A DNA stretch of 61,015 nucleotides, filler included, from Trypethelium eluteriae (lineage: Eukaryota): the NCBI GenBank assembly GCA_051942245.1. It is 4 parts of 4 records of this genome, joined end to end, with 100 filler letters (N's around TTAATTAATTAA, not from the genome) between each part and the next. Parts side by side here need not be neighbours in the genome. Positions count along the whole stretch, not along the records: positions 45,903 to 61,015 come from JAVECL010000658.1; 3 more parts are not named here. One strand, given 5' to 3'. Position numbers and translations under genes: made by a program. The notes under the pieces were generated by a model. The model had not been told where the DNA came from. It searched no databases and saw only the letters and a list, made by a program, of their open reading frames with translations. Below are positions 46,899 through 60,027 of this stretch, piece by piece. Positions within the stretch are counted from its first letter, which is position 1; each line of letters begins with the position of its first letter.

Positions 46899-48002
46899 CT
46901 AGTCGAATAGACCCAAGCCCATGTCCTCGTCCTAGTCACATAGTTAATGTCTGAACTCGCTCTCGGGCTGTGGGAACTCACCTCTGATTCCTCTTCTTCT
47001 TCTTTCTTTTCCTCTTGCTTCTCTTCTGTAGGAGCACCTCCCGCTGGAGCTGCAGCTGCAGGGGCAGCCGATGCATAATTCTCCGGATTTTTGATTCTGT
47101 CCTTGAGCTCCTCAATTCCACTCCACTCGTATTCTGTTTCCACGGCAATGGCAAGGGCATTTTTGTAGCTGTTGACCACGGAGTGCATGACAGAGGGAAG
47201 GGTAGGATAGTTGACGGCCAGAGAAACGGTGGCGATGGTGTTGATGGCGGAGGTGAATGCCTTCAACAATTGACTCTCTTCAATGTCGAGAACAGAAGGA
47301 GCAAACGTCTGGCCTTGGTCGTAGATCTGAGAGATGCTCATGCCATAGGTAAAGGGAGAAATATTCAGCATGTTCAGCAAGGTAGCCTCGGACGCACCAA
47401 CTTTGCTGCCAGCTTCAACGAGCTTCAAGTCGGTCGTGATTTCAATGGTACCACGGGCAATCTTGGTAGGAACACCAAGAGCTTGGAAGAAAGATGTCTT
47501 GCCCGGTTCCATACCTGTATTTCCAGCTGGCACGTAGACGTCAAGTGGAGCCAAGGCACCAGCTCTGGCGGGAGCGGCGACACGGTTGCTGAGAATCTTA
47601 TCACGGGTCGCCTTGAGGTCAGCGCTGGTGAAGACGAAGCCAACATTGCTGTTGATAGATTATCAGAGATGTTTTTGGATTGAATCACAGACACGTACCC
47701 CTTGACATGTGGGAGAAGACGCTCGTATTCTGGGAAATCGGTGATGAATCCTTTGATGGCGCGACGGACCATAGTGTTCTTGCCCATCAACACTACCCCT
47801 TCGCCGCGAAGGGACTGGCGGATTTCGTGCATTTGCTGGGAGGAAACATTGTCCACAGAGACTATATAAGCCAGTCAGTGAGGGAAATGGCGAAATGAGA
47901 GTTGTCGCAACTGCCCGTACCAATGAAGACGGAGTTGTACTTCTCCAACAGATCTTTGAGCTTATCAAAGTAAGCGGCCTTGTTACCTGTTCTGCCCCCC
48001 AT
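46899..48002 (-). CDS. RPP0: 60S acidic ribosomal protein P0 (uL10)
   Basis: Four exons. [67 protein letters not shown]-terminal [16 protein letters not shown]. Confidence 0.98.
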
Positions 48003-48272
48003 GGCTTCAGATTTGAGCCTCTAGGATATTTAAGGACTTGATGATTGATGTTTTAGTGATGGATCAGATTGGGTCGGGGATGTCGGAATATTGGAGGTTG
48101 TGTGCTGTGCCGTACCTTAGCGAATTCGGCGCTAGCGTTCAGCCCTACCAGAGTATTTCTCACTTCTTGCCTTCCTTGCTCAATATACCTTCGTAATAAA
48201 TCTTCCTCTGCTAAATTGGGAGTCTTTCGCTCATTTTCAGAACGTCAGCCCCTAGCCAATTGAGAATAAGCG
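48003..48272. promoter_or_regulatory. Compact bidirectional promoter RPP0/TRM82 with AGCCCTA-like motifs
   Basis: Only 270 bp between divergent ATGs. AGCCCTAC at 48141-48148 and AGCCCCTAG near 48248 resemble the Homol-E-like ribosomal-protein promoter element. Confidence 0.45.
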
Positions 48273-50043
48273 ATGGTCTTCCAGTGTATCCTCTCATGTG
48301 CGCGCGATCACCCTACGCGTCTCTCAAGCCATCTTCTAGCTGCAAGTGGTCCAAATATTTACACCATGAGTTGGGACTTCGAAGAGGTCATCTCTGTGTG
48401 GCCCGAGCAACCACCATCAGATAAAGTAGGATTCTCTACCATTGTTCTTTCATGCTTTGTGATCAAATCTTTTGTCAATCTAATGTTGGTCGATTTTGCT
48501 TCAATTCACATAGGGCTAAATAGAACTGCAAGGAAGACGTAAAAGGCAAAGATGCTGTTGCTCCTCCGACCAAAAAGCGCAAGATCGCCAACGAACAAAA
48601 GAGACCAAATGTAATCAAGCTATTATGCACCCGGGATGAGAAGAATATAGTGGCTGTGACGGCGGAAGATAAGTGCATTCGAGTATTCAATCTCAAGGAG
48701 AATGGAAAACTTGAGCAACTAAGCGAGCGGTGTGTTTGCGCGCTGTTGAGCAGGGGATGATTTTCCTCCACTGACATTGTGCAGATGCATGCCAAAGCGA
48801 CCCAATGCTGTTGCTATTTCGCCAGACGAGACAACACTTTTAGTAGGCGATAAATTCGGTGATGTCTACGCATTGCCGCTTCTTGAAAGTGCCGAGGAAG
48901 AGGAACCAACCACACAGCCTACTATTACTGCTATGTCGGATGTGCGAGCAAAACCATTCAAACCGACGGCAAATCCTCTAACCGTGCATTCTGGGAGCAA
49001 TCGCAAGGCTCTTGCATCTCAACTTCAGGTCAAAGAGCATGTCAAGACGAAGGAGCCGCTTAAATTTAGGCACGAGCTTCTCCTTGGACACGTGTCCATG
49101 CTGACGGACTTGGCCGTCATGCTTGTCGACGACGACGATGGTAACATCCGAGAATACATCATTACGGCTGATCGAGACGAGCACATCCGCATTTCGAGAG
49201 GACGGCCACAGGCTCATATCATCGAAGGATACTGTCTAGGCCATAAGCAATTCATCAGTAAACTACGCCTTCCTGCTCCGAACTTGCTCGTTTCTGCCGG
49301 TGGTGAAAATGAAATCTATGTCTGGGATTGGCTAGCTGGTCGCCTTCTAAGGAAGATAGACATCGGCCCGGCCTTGAGAGACTTTCGGGCTTCGTGGAAG
49401 GCCAGTCCGGGAATTAGAGAAGGTGACAGAAATGAAGATGATCAATGCGAAGATCAGCAAACCGCGATATCTGGCCTCTGGATTGGCCTGCCAGGGAGTA
49501 GCCAGGTGAGATTACCTCTTGTGATCTTATGGGTATCAAACTTAACACCTACCGTAGGAAAAATTGATAGTGACATGTGAAGGCGTGCCGGCGCTCATTT
49601 ATATTCAGGTTTCGTCCCTCACGGATTACGATACCCCACGCGTACACACAGTACCTCTTCTCGGTAATGTCTTAGACGTGACAGTTATGTCTGATTTGGT
49701 GGTTGCTGCAATTGACAACATTCACCAGCCGTGGTCAACGTCAGCGCTGCATTCACCGGTAAGATAGTGATAGATCTAGATCAAAGCCGCCGAGTCGCTA
49801 ATTGAATGACAGGACGAGCAGCCACCTCTGTTGCAGCTTCTGAAGTTTGAACAATTTTTATATGAATCGGTGACGGAAGTCGACACCGGGGCATTCAGGT
49901 TATCAGATCAGGTCTCCAGCAAGCCAAGCGCACCGCCAGACAACGAGGCGGAGCAAGATGTCCATGTAGACAGGGATTTTTGGGAGCTGGTGTACCACGT
50001 GGAGAAGCTGAGAAAGCGTGGTGGGATGGGAGATGAGGGTTAA
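48273..50043 (+). CDS. TRM82: tRNA m7G46 methyltransferase non-catalytic WD40 subunit Trm82/WDR4
   Basis: Multi-exon. EDKCIRVF, RCMPKRP, GDKFGDVYALPL, LLLGHVSMLTD, IITADRDEHIRISR, C-terminal LRKR. Confidence 0.93.
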
Positions 50044-50633
50044 CAGAGGCGGCTGGATAGATCTAGAAGTTGTTATTTGATGCCAATGAAAGCTTGAGGG
50101 CCAGATCTGAAGCTGCTGAGCAATCCGGCCCCCGGGACCGAGCCGAGGCACGCCGATGACGTGACGTCTCCTAAAAAGATGTCCTCGTTGGAAAGATTGC
50201 AAAGCAAATTCGAGCCACAACTCCAAATTCGCTTGTGCGTGCGAGCATTCCCAATCTAACATTCAATATCCAAGATCTCAAATCACTCTCTCCGTTGATG
50301 CGCAATCACCTTGCACTTTTCCCCTAGATCTCCTCCACTCCGCTCCTACCTTCCACTACGCGCTCCTACGCGTCCATCTCAAAGCTTCCCATCTTGTGAT
50401 ATAGAACGTCTCCGTTGTCGATATTCGTATGGTTGCGCGCTCCACCACGGCCTTGTAAATCTACCGCCAAACTGTTTTCCTCAGCCTTTCGACGCGTCTC
50501 CCATTTACCCCTCCGGTCCTCATTTACCGCCCCACTTGCAGCAGCCGTTACATACGAATATAGCCGCCCCAGCACAGCAACACTCCCAAACCTTACACGG
50601 TCGTTGAAAGGCGGGCAGATAGGAACAAGGCAG

Positions 50634-51951
50634 ATGCATTCCAAGCTCGTCAGTATGTGGAACCGCTAATAGTACGTATTCTGGGCCTTCTGACAGTAGG
50701 TACAGTTATAGGATCGGGGCCTGCAGGGCACACCGCAGGAATCTATGCTGCCAGAGCTGATTTGAAGCGTGAGTACTCCACTGCATGTTCCCTATCTTGA
50801 AAGCTGACAATGACTCTAGCCGTCATGTACGAGGGCTTTCTAGCTCTCGGCATAGCAGCGGGTGGCCAATTGACCACTACCGACGAAGTCGAAAACTTCC
50901 CCGGCTTCCAAAAAATCCAAGGCGCGACATTAATGGTACGACCCCTCCTTGCCCCCTATCCCTTGCCCCTCCCACCATACTCACGCCCTAACCTCTCTCC
51001 GCAAACAGGACCAGATGCGCGCCCAAAACGAAGCCTGCGGCACCGAAATCGTCTCCCAAACCGTCGGCAAAGTCGAGCTGACCAGCCGCCCCTTCAAATA
51101 CTGGCTGCACCCAATGGGCGACGACGACGCGCTGGAAGACGACACGCACACCGCGGACGCGGTGATCATCGCGACCGGCGCCAAAGCCCGACGGCTCGAC
51201 CTCCCAGGCGAAGAGACGTACTGGGGCGCAGGCGTATCCGCGTGCGCGGTGTGCGACGGGTCGCTGCCGATGTTCCGGGAGCAGCCGCTGGTGGTGATTG
51301 GCGGCGGGGACTCGGCGGTGGAGGAGAGCATCTACTTGACGAAGAAGGCGAGTAAGGTGGTGGTGCTGGTGCGGCGGGATCGGCTGCGGGCGAGCAAGGT
51401 GAATGCGAGGCGGTTGGAGACGAATCCGAAGGTCGAGATTCGGTATAATACTGTGGCGACGAAGATTCGGGGCGGGGAGGGCAAGCAGGGGCTCATGACG
51501 CATTTGGGGATTAAGAATACGGTGACGGGGAAGGAGGAGGAGTTGGATGCCAAGGGCTTGTTTTATGCGGTCGGGCATGAGCCTGCGACGGGGTTGTTTA
51601 AGGGGCAGTTGAAGATGGATGAGGATGGGTATTTGATTACGGAGCCCGGGCGGACGTTGACGAATGTGGAGGGGGTGTTTGCGGCGGGGGATGTGCAGGA
51701 TAAGAAGTATCGACAGGCTGTTACGAGTGCAGGTATGTTTCCCTCGACAGTGTAGATTCTTCAGACCTTGGAGGGGAGGAGAATGCTGACAATTGTGAAC
51801 AGGCTCTGGATGCATCGCAGCCCTCGAAGCAGAAAAGTGGCTAGCAGAGCAAGAGGCCGATGTCGAAACCACGCTTGAGACGGAGACCCAGGCCGAAAAA
51901 TCACAAATCAACGGCATCGTTCCAGAATATCGTTCCAATCCTCTCCTCTAG
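50634..51951 (+). CDS. TRR1: NADPH thioredoxin reductase (low-Mr type)
   Basis: Exons 50634-50652, 50706-50768, 50820-50936, 51009-51732, 51803-51951. [63 protein letters not shown]. Confidence 0.97.
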
Positions 51952-52345
51952 ACGCATTGGAGCTATCGATCCTGTCTATCTCTCGTCAGGGCAAGCCGGA
52001 CAAGCATAGGGTTGGGCTTGTGGCCTTAGATTTCTCTTTATATTATTTCCTCTTTGTTGAATCATGCCTCTCTAATCAGAGCTACTGGAGTTAGTGGAGA
52101 ACATTACCATAGACCGGTCTCCTTTGTTTGCATTGTCGCATCCTCAGGCATCTTGCGTCGATGGCTTTGGGATTTTGATGGCAGGACACTCATGTACATA
52201 GTGAGCCGTGAAAGACTGATGCAAGCGTAGCAGCAGAACATTACCGCTCCGCCAATTTTCGATCACAGTTTCTGACGAGGTTTTCGTCTCTGCAATGTTT
52301 CCGTCTCGATATTTTGTGAAATCACGAACCTCCTATAGAAGCTAC

Positions 52346-55300
52346 TCATTCGCTCTCACTATCATCAATTACACGTCTCTTCCTCTGCAGCCTTCGTTCA
52401 ACCCCATCCTGTCCGTTCACGCCAAGAAGACCGGACCCGCTTCCATTCATCCTCAACTCCGGATCCGTCAGCCTCGTCTGCACCAAGCTATCCACCTCTG
52501 GCAAGTCCGGCTCGGATTCCGACTCCAGAGCCACTTCCTCTCTCGCGGGTCCCCTCCCCTTGTTCCCCATCGCTTGTGATATTGTCGGCAATTCGTCTTC
52601 CTCTTCGTCCTCATCCTTCTCGTCGCTCTCACCATCCTCTTCTACCTCATCATCATCGACCACAAATTCTCTCAACTCAGAGCTGGGCTCTCCTTCCGGC
52701 GCATCATCGTCTGATGTGTCGTACGAGCCAAGATCAACGGCCTGGGACGGAAGGCGCATACGAGCGGAGGACTGCGGAGCGCTGCTGGACGGGGCGTCCA
52801 TGTCGTCGTCACCTACCTCAAAGCGACGATTGGACTTTTTCGGTTTTGGGCGGCTGCGGCGAGGTTGCTTGGGAGGGGCGTGACAAGAGCGACGAGAGAT
52901 TTGAGGGCTGTTTCGCTTTCTGGGGACTTCGGGGGCATGCTGATGTGAGTTAAAAGCTGTCTGGGGCAGGTAAGTGGGTTCCGAGTCAGATTCGAGAGCC
53001 AAGTCACTGTCAGGGAAGTCAGGTTCAATATCAGACCAGCGGGTGCCTGTCTTTAGCTTCAAAATCTTGGTTTCGTTGAGTTCATGCATTTTAGCTAGGG
53101 CTCGAGCTAGTCGCTCGGATTTGCTGCTGTGCTGCAAACGTTTGGAAGGGCGTAGAGATCTCTGGTATTGTGGGAAAGCATCCAATCTTGGCGGCTCGAC
53201 AGCGACGTTCTCATCATCACCGCCACAAACGTATGTGTATTTGCGCTGTAGCTCCTTCTCTTCAGCTGGCCCGAGAATGACATCGCTCAGGGGAGGGTTT
53301 GAAATCTGTTCTTCATCCTCGAGCGTCTGCGGTTTGAGCGTTGCGCGCAAGGATGAAGGCTCCAAATCCTCGTCTTCATCGCCTTCCATATGAGATGCTC
53401 TCACGAATCCAGTCCGAACACCATCCGGCATATGAAATTTCTTTGGTGGGCGCTTAGGAATTCTCCCTCGCCGTCTGGGCTCAGGTAGTACACCTTGGGT
53501 GTTCTCCAATGGTATTTCCACAAGACGTTTATCAACAGTAGGTTGTATTTCTTTCGGCACAATCCTGGGAGACCTATCTTCGTGGAAGTCGAAGCGAGTG
53601 CCAGAAGCAATCATCGATTGCATTTGTTCGTAGTTATCCTTAGCTTGGTTGAAAGAGTTTTCCTCCTTCCCACGCATCAAGAGCAGAACAATATTGCCTT
53701 GTCTCTTACGGCCAGTTCGACCCATTCTTTGCAGCATGCGAATCGGTGAAGACGAAGAATCGTAACAAATTATAAGGTCAACTTCGCCAATATCCAACCC
53801 TTCTTCGCCGATTGACGTCGCAACAAGGGTATTATGGACGCCTGTCTTGAACTGTTCAATCACCTTCAATTGGTGTTTTTGATCCATGCCTTCAGTGCCC
53901 TTTGATGCTGCTTGACCGACAAAGACGTGTGGACGAATCATTGGCTCATGTCTTTTCAACACCCTGACTATCTCTTCAGCGCTGTCTCGATAGTGTGCGA
54001 AGATCATGATTCGCGTGCTCGAGGGTGGCTTTCCGTGGTGGCTATTTCGACCTTCGCTTGCATTGGTAAAGTGTTCTAGCACCACATTCTGGAGGTAATC
54101 TATTTTGGGATGCCCAATGAACTGATCGTTATTGATCCAGCCACGTACTCGCGCCATCATTTTCTTGAAGTGTTCATTCTCATTGACTTGCCTTTGATAT
54201 TTTGAACTCTGTGTGTCATCCCGAAACGCAGAAACAACCCGATAAAAAGAGCCAATACCATGGAATTTGAGTAATTCGATACCATGGGCCAAACGAGCAA
54301 GGATAGTGATGATACTGTTTACCATACCTTTCAGTCCGAATCCAGCTCGCCTCCCTGCGTCGGAAGCCATCCACGCGGCGCGGGCCTTAGTAAGACCATA
54401 GGCTGATAGACTCATTGGATCTTTCCCCCAATAAGCATTTTGGCTATTTAATTGATTGACCAAAGGTTGTAGGGCTTTGGCGAACATGTCCATACACATT
54501 TCTTGCTCCTCAGAGAAATCAAATAATACGGTCTCTGTATTCCTTGTATGCACGAATTGTCGGATATCGAGTGAATTCTCGGTACGGATTTCCACGCGAG
54601 CTATGTCCAAGCCGTCAATGACTTGCTGGACAGCCTCTACAGTCGAACCAGGTGTTGCGGTAAGAGCTAGCACACGAAAACTCTGATTGAATCTGCGGAG
54701 AAATTTGACGACTTCGACATAGGCATATCCTCCGGTTGCACGATGTGCTTCGTCAACGACCAGAAGCACAATTTTCTTGGGGTCACATATCCCGGTCTTC
54801 AGATCGTTGATTATGGTTTGCGGAGTCATGAAGAAGACTCTTTTAGAGTTCCATTCCTCTGCACGGAGACCCGGAGCAATGCCACCTGTCAGCATGGTTG
54901 TTTCTGACCTTGGTATTCCAGCAATGTTGAAGCAGGCCTCAACTTGTTGGGATACCAGAGGCTTGGTAGGTGCTACAAAGACAATCTGGGCTTCAGTAGT
55001 CCAGCGAAACCAGTTGAGCATGACAGTTGCTGCAATGAAGGTCTTTCCGAGACCAGTCGGTAGCGCAACTAACAGATTGTGGTATAGCCCCCGGTGGGTA
55101 ATGTTGAATTGGTAATCACGGGTGGTACCTAAGTTTGTGGGATATACCCAAGTCTTCAACGCTTCCGAATCAAGCTTGTGATGGGTATGTGGTTCATCCT
55201 TCCTGGCTACCGGCCAATTGTGTCGTTTTGTAGCTTGCGATTGTGGTCCCATTTGTTGTACTGTATCACCAAATAGTGTTTTCTGACGTAGACCGTTGAG

Positions 55301-56180
55301 TGGCGCGGCAAGGCGCACGCTAGTCGCTATAGTTGAATTTGTCTGAGATGAGACGTAAATGACATTGTTTTCTGGCGGCTTTTGAGGTGACGAAGAAGAG
55401 GAAGCGAAGGCATCTGAGGGCAGGTCTGCGAGTTCTTGAGCAATGTCAATCACCGGGAGCTCACTTCACGTCATCAGTAGGGAGCTAAAGAGAAATAAAT
55501 ATGAACGTGGCAAGGTCATAGGAAAACAGAGTAATGAGAAGAGATTGGAGAAATTTTTAATCGTACCTCTGTGCTAGCGCTTTCTCGACAGGCTCAGGCG
55601 CTTTTGGCTCCTCACGTTTCGAATTCGCCTCAGGCTTTGCAACGGAACCGTCAAACGAGTGGCTATCTCGAGCTGGACGACGTTGAATGCAGTCTCCATT
55701 CTCTATTTTGTGAGAGCTCAGAATGCCGTTGCCATTCGAAGCCGTGTACCCTTTGTCTCTTTGCGCGGCGAATTGTGCTTTGCTTTGCCAGATGGGTCCA
55801 CGGATGGTCCATGGATCCGAAGATGGTGGAGGTTGGGTGAAGTAGCTTTCCCTCAATTCTGCCGTCTGCTTAGGAACATGTATACTTTTCTTCGCTTTCT
55901 TCGAGCCATATCCTGTATCTGGTATACTAGCCTGAATTGACTCTCGTGATGCGTGTCGCGATCGAATGGGACTTTTTCTGGCAACTGGAGGATCAAACGC
56001 TTCTGCCTCATCACTGTCGGAATCCAAGCTTGCTTTGCGAGCATCCACCCCAGGGCCGAGTCGTTGTCGCTTGACTGGCCGAGGTGACTCCGTGTATTCA
56101 CTTTCGGACCAGGAGAACTGGGTGGCAGCTTGTAAAATGTCGTCATCTTGGAGATGGCCGTGTTCTGCCTCTTCTCGCAT
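52346..56180 (-). CDS. MPH1: FANCM-family DNA helicase Mph1
   Basis: Exons about 56180-55567 and 55463-52346. [61 protein letters not shown]. Confidence 0.96.
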
Positions 56181-56918
56181 GCCTGAATGGGTGGGTTGGT
56201 GCTTCGCGACAAGTGGGGTGTTGTGTAAGGTACTTGCGATGAATGAGGTCACTGGGGAAGACGCGCCACAACGCGTGCAAGAGTGCAAGGGTGCTGCATT
56301 ACCTAGAGTGCAAGGGTGTTAGTGTGCAGGGACCAGGACTAGATCTTGAGGCAAGATGAGCCGCGCACGAGTTCGGAAACAAAACGAAACGAAACGAGCA
56401 TCCCCACATCATCTTGCATGTAAGCAGAATACCGACGGCCTCACAAACTTTCCGCGAATTCCACTCGCGCCAATCATGCGTGGCCTCTCGTAATTAGCAC
56501 GCATGAAATTTTCGTGTGTGACTACCTAACTCCATACGTAGGTAGTCACGGCCGTGGCCGAAGCCTGTAATCAAAGACGGCGCTACGGTGCTACTGTAAT
56601 TAACTATCGATTTCCGCATATTCAGGGGGCCACTAGCCCTAGGAGCCCAACGTTCCCCCCATAAAATGCTCTACCCCCGGATTCTGGATGTTTCTTCCAT
56701 TCCCAACCTGTTCCTTCCTGACGCGTCGTCCAACTCGCCCGCCGTCACTTCCATCTTTCAGCCAAACTTATTTGTTGGCTCTCTAACCCACACTCGCTCC
56801 AGTTTCTAACCATCTTCTTTGTATCCAATTCCTCTCCAAGAGTATTGACCAGCAGCTTTTTTCATTGAGATACCCCGTTTAATCAACTATAATCTCCACC
56901 AAAGCAAAACCATTCACC

Positions 56919-57714
56919 ATGAAGTTCTCAACTGCCATCATCTTTTCCGGCCTCTTGGCCCTCGGTCTTGCTGCTCCTCAAAACAGCGATAGCAGCAGCG
57001 TGAGCTCTGCCTCTGGTACTACCACAGGATCTGCATCAGCCTCCATTTCCCAGACTCCCCAGCAGACCTGTGCCAACAACTGTGAGCAACCCCTATCTTC
57101 CAATCTTATCCCACATCAATCAAGACTGATAATTTCTCAGGTGCCCCTGCCGACGTCAACTGCCAAGCTGCCTGCTACGGCGACCCATACCCCAACGCTG
57201 CCCAAATCAACCAGACCACCGAATGTGCTGCCCAGTGCCCTCAGGGAGACGGCTCCCCCTCTGACACCCAGAAGTACGCTCAGTGCCAACAAAACTGCAT
57301 CAGCTCCCTCTTCTTGCCCTCCGGAACTGCTGGGTACGCCGCTACTCCCGCCGCCTCTGGCAGCAGCGCTGGTGCCACCACTGGTGCCAGCACGACCAGT
57401 GGCGCGAGCGGCAGCTCTTCGACTGGTGCTGGCGCTTCCGGCAGCTCTGCTTCTGGCTCCAGCTCTGACTCTGGCTCGTCTGCATCTGGTTCATGTAAGT
57501 TCTCATCTGAAACTGATTCCGCTCATCGTCCGAATCATTTGCTAATTACCCCCTAGCTGGTTCTTCGAGCGGCCCAACTGGTTCTGCAGGTGCTTCCTCT
57601 GGTGGTGCATCCTCATCATCGTCTGCGGCTTTTGCTGCTCCCACCAACAGCGTCCAGATGGGTGCTTCGGCTGCTGGAGCGCTTGGTGTTCTCGTGGCTG
57701 CCATTGCCTTGTAA
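56919..57714 (+). CDS. Secreted, probably GPI-anchored, Ser/Gly/Ala-rich cell-wall protein with a small Cys-rich domain
   Basis: Exons 56919-57081, 57141-57494, 57557-57714. Signal peptide MKFSTAIIFSGLLALGLA, Cys domain (C..NC...DVNCQAAC...C..QCPQGDG.....YAQCQQNC), S/G-rich linker, hydrophobic tail GALGVLVAAIAL*. Confidence 0.9.
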
Positions 57715-58096
57715 GAAAGTCAAGGGCCTCGCTTTTGGATACTCGCTTCTGTGTGCATAATTGCAAAGCATGGATTAGGAGGTCTTATTGGTGCATTGTG
57801 CGTTAAGATCATGTTGTCTAGCTTATTAGAGCTGTGGAGCCAAACGCAGAAAATTAGGGTGTACGTAATAATCAACTAATTCTATTGCATACACGTCAAC
57901 TCCCAAACCCACCAGCCGCTCGCAATCAGTATTAGTGGTCACGCTTTCAGTAACCGTAGCTTTGGTTTCAAACGCCGTCCTGCCTAGGTATCATTTTCAT
58001 CACCATTGCCATTGAGCATTCCCTTCAGAGTTTTCCAGCAGAACCTCAACTTGCCCAACAGCTCATATTCATCCTGCCTCCGTACGATAGGCAGCC

Positions 58097-58981
58097 TCAT
58101 AGCCACGTCCCATACCTCTCCAAGACTCTGCTCGCCCTCTCGCTCGTCTCCATGGTCGGCCGCACGTAGTACGAACGCCCATTCCCCTCATGTACAATCG
58201 TCATCACTGGCACTATCGTCGATCGTGACACCTCTGCGTAGATTGCCTCCGCCATCGGCTCCTCCGGGCTGGGTTCCTTCAACGGATAGGCGTGTACAAG
58301 GTAGGGGAAGTCCGCGGGCTTGTCGGTCCGGATGATGTAGTCGTCAGGTGTGGAGGAAGAGAACGAAGCGAAGCGTGAGGAGAAGTGGGAGTTCTTAGTG
58401 TTGACGGAGATGGTGGAGAGCATTGGGCAGAGGTTTGACCGGGAGTTACAGGAGGCTGTCGTATTGGGGGTTTCGTCGCCGGAGGTGGAGCGGTCGATTG
58501 CCATCGCATTTGAAGACGGTGTTGCGTTACGGGGGCCCGAGATGATGCGTTTAATCGAGGGAGTTTTGAGGGGTCGACTCGGTTGTAACGGGATGATTCG
58601 CGGTGGTGAATATTTGGCCTTCGTCGGCAGACTGTCGTAAGCAGGAGGTTGAAGAGGATCAGAGTTCTGGGGAGAGACCATGGTGCTATCCACGAGGGTA
58701 TCTGAGTCGACAGACGTGTCGGTGTCGGAGGAGGAAAGGGGTGAAAGGTGGGACGGAGCCGAGGACAGAGGCGGTGAATCAGACACTGGCTGAGATGACA
58801 CAAGTGAGTCGCGAGGTTTACACAACATCTCGATGTCCCTCATTACCGGTGCTGTGGGCGAGATAGAAGGCATGGATTCTGCCATTTCTGGGCTTCCACT
58901 CATACTCTCCACGCAATGGGGTCTGAAAGGATCAGGATTGGTAAAGATGGCCCAGTTGATCTGAGGAGGCCTAACTGGCAT
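58097..58981 (-). CDS. Hypothetical Ser/Pro-rich protein
   Basis: About 294-aa ORF from ATG 58981. Low complexity, no family recognised, 3' end uncertain. Confidence 0.5.
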   Translation of the reverse strand: MPVRPPQINWAIFTNPDPFRPHCVESMSGSPEMAESMPSISPTAPVMRDIEMLCKPRDSLVSSQPVSDSPPLSSAPSHLSPLSSSDTDTSVDSDTLVDSTMVSPQNSDPLQPPAYDSLPTKAKYSPPRIIPLQPSRPLKTPSIKRIISGPRNATPSSNAMAIDRSTSGDETPNTTASCNSRSNLCPMLSTISVNTKNSHFSSRFASFSSSTPDDYIIRTDKPADFPYLVHAYPLKEPSPEEPMAEAIYAEVSRSTIVPVMTIVHEGNGRSYYVRPTMETSERASRVLERYGTWL

Positions 58982-60027
58982 TTTATGGGGTGTGTGCCGG
59001 ACCAATGTGTGAGGTACTTTGAAGAAAGCTGAAGCCTATGCTGGGACTTGACTTTCGCTTATTCCGAATTTTGTGAGCTTGGAAGGTATTAGGGGTCGAC
59101 CTTCACGAGGCAGGAAGGAAGGAGCGGTTCAACCACCTCCCCAAATGGGTAGTTCCGTTGGAAACTGTGAATTCGCTCAAGTGTGGGCCTTGGTCGACTT
59201 CCCACTGCTGTGAGCACTGCTGTTGTGAGAGTAAAGAGGAGGTTTTCTCCGTTTACAAGAAATTCGTCAGATGCTAGGAGTTTAGTCAAATAGTCCCTCA
59301 GGTGAGTTCGAAAGAATCTACTTCTTCAACTCTTGGTGATTGCGAAAGAAGAAACAAAATCACAAAAATTCTTGAAAGCCGTCTTATATCTTACCGGTAG
59401 GACATTCTTGAATTTCCGCTTATAATAGCTCTTGAAATGATTCGCTTGCCTGAGTAATAGGTGTGGTTTGACGGATCGTTGACCCACATTATGAGTCCAG
59501 ATGGATGATACCTCACAAAGTAAAGTCCAGCAGAACAAATAAGATTGAGCCTTTTTCAAAGCAACCAGAGCAGTGGACCAGACCTACAATTATCCAGGAT
59601 CACTCAAAGAGCCAAGAAGTCTGGCAAAACCAGAATGTTCCACCGTGACCAAGAAGTGTTACCTTCCTAGGTAGCGCAAGTGCATGGCGACTCTGTATTT
59701 ACGGTCAGGTCTACTCGATCACGAAAAAGATGCAATGTATATGCATGAAGTCTACACTGCACAATAGTCGCACTTTAGACAAAAGAAGGTGAGTGGCGGA
59801 GGAGCGTCCAAACGGAGGAAGTATTAAGGTGAGGCTGGTGAGCCCTGCTCTGCACTACAGGTTCTGGTGAGGCGGTCAGAATATTGGCGTGAAACCTGTC
59901 GCGGTAACGACATCATCATCACTGCAAAATCTACATTTCGGACTTCAACAGGTTTTAATGTCTCGGAATACATCCAAGTACACATTTATGTGAGCTTTGG
60001 AACGGCAGGCTGCTTGTTCAGCCAGGC

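Noticed and set aside
50988..51938. 316-aa antisense ORF over TRR1 (and similar antisense ORFs at 9022-9762 and 47015-47683)
   Set aside because: Shadow ORFs expected from GC-rich codon bias in conserved genes; no recognisable motifs.
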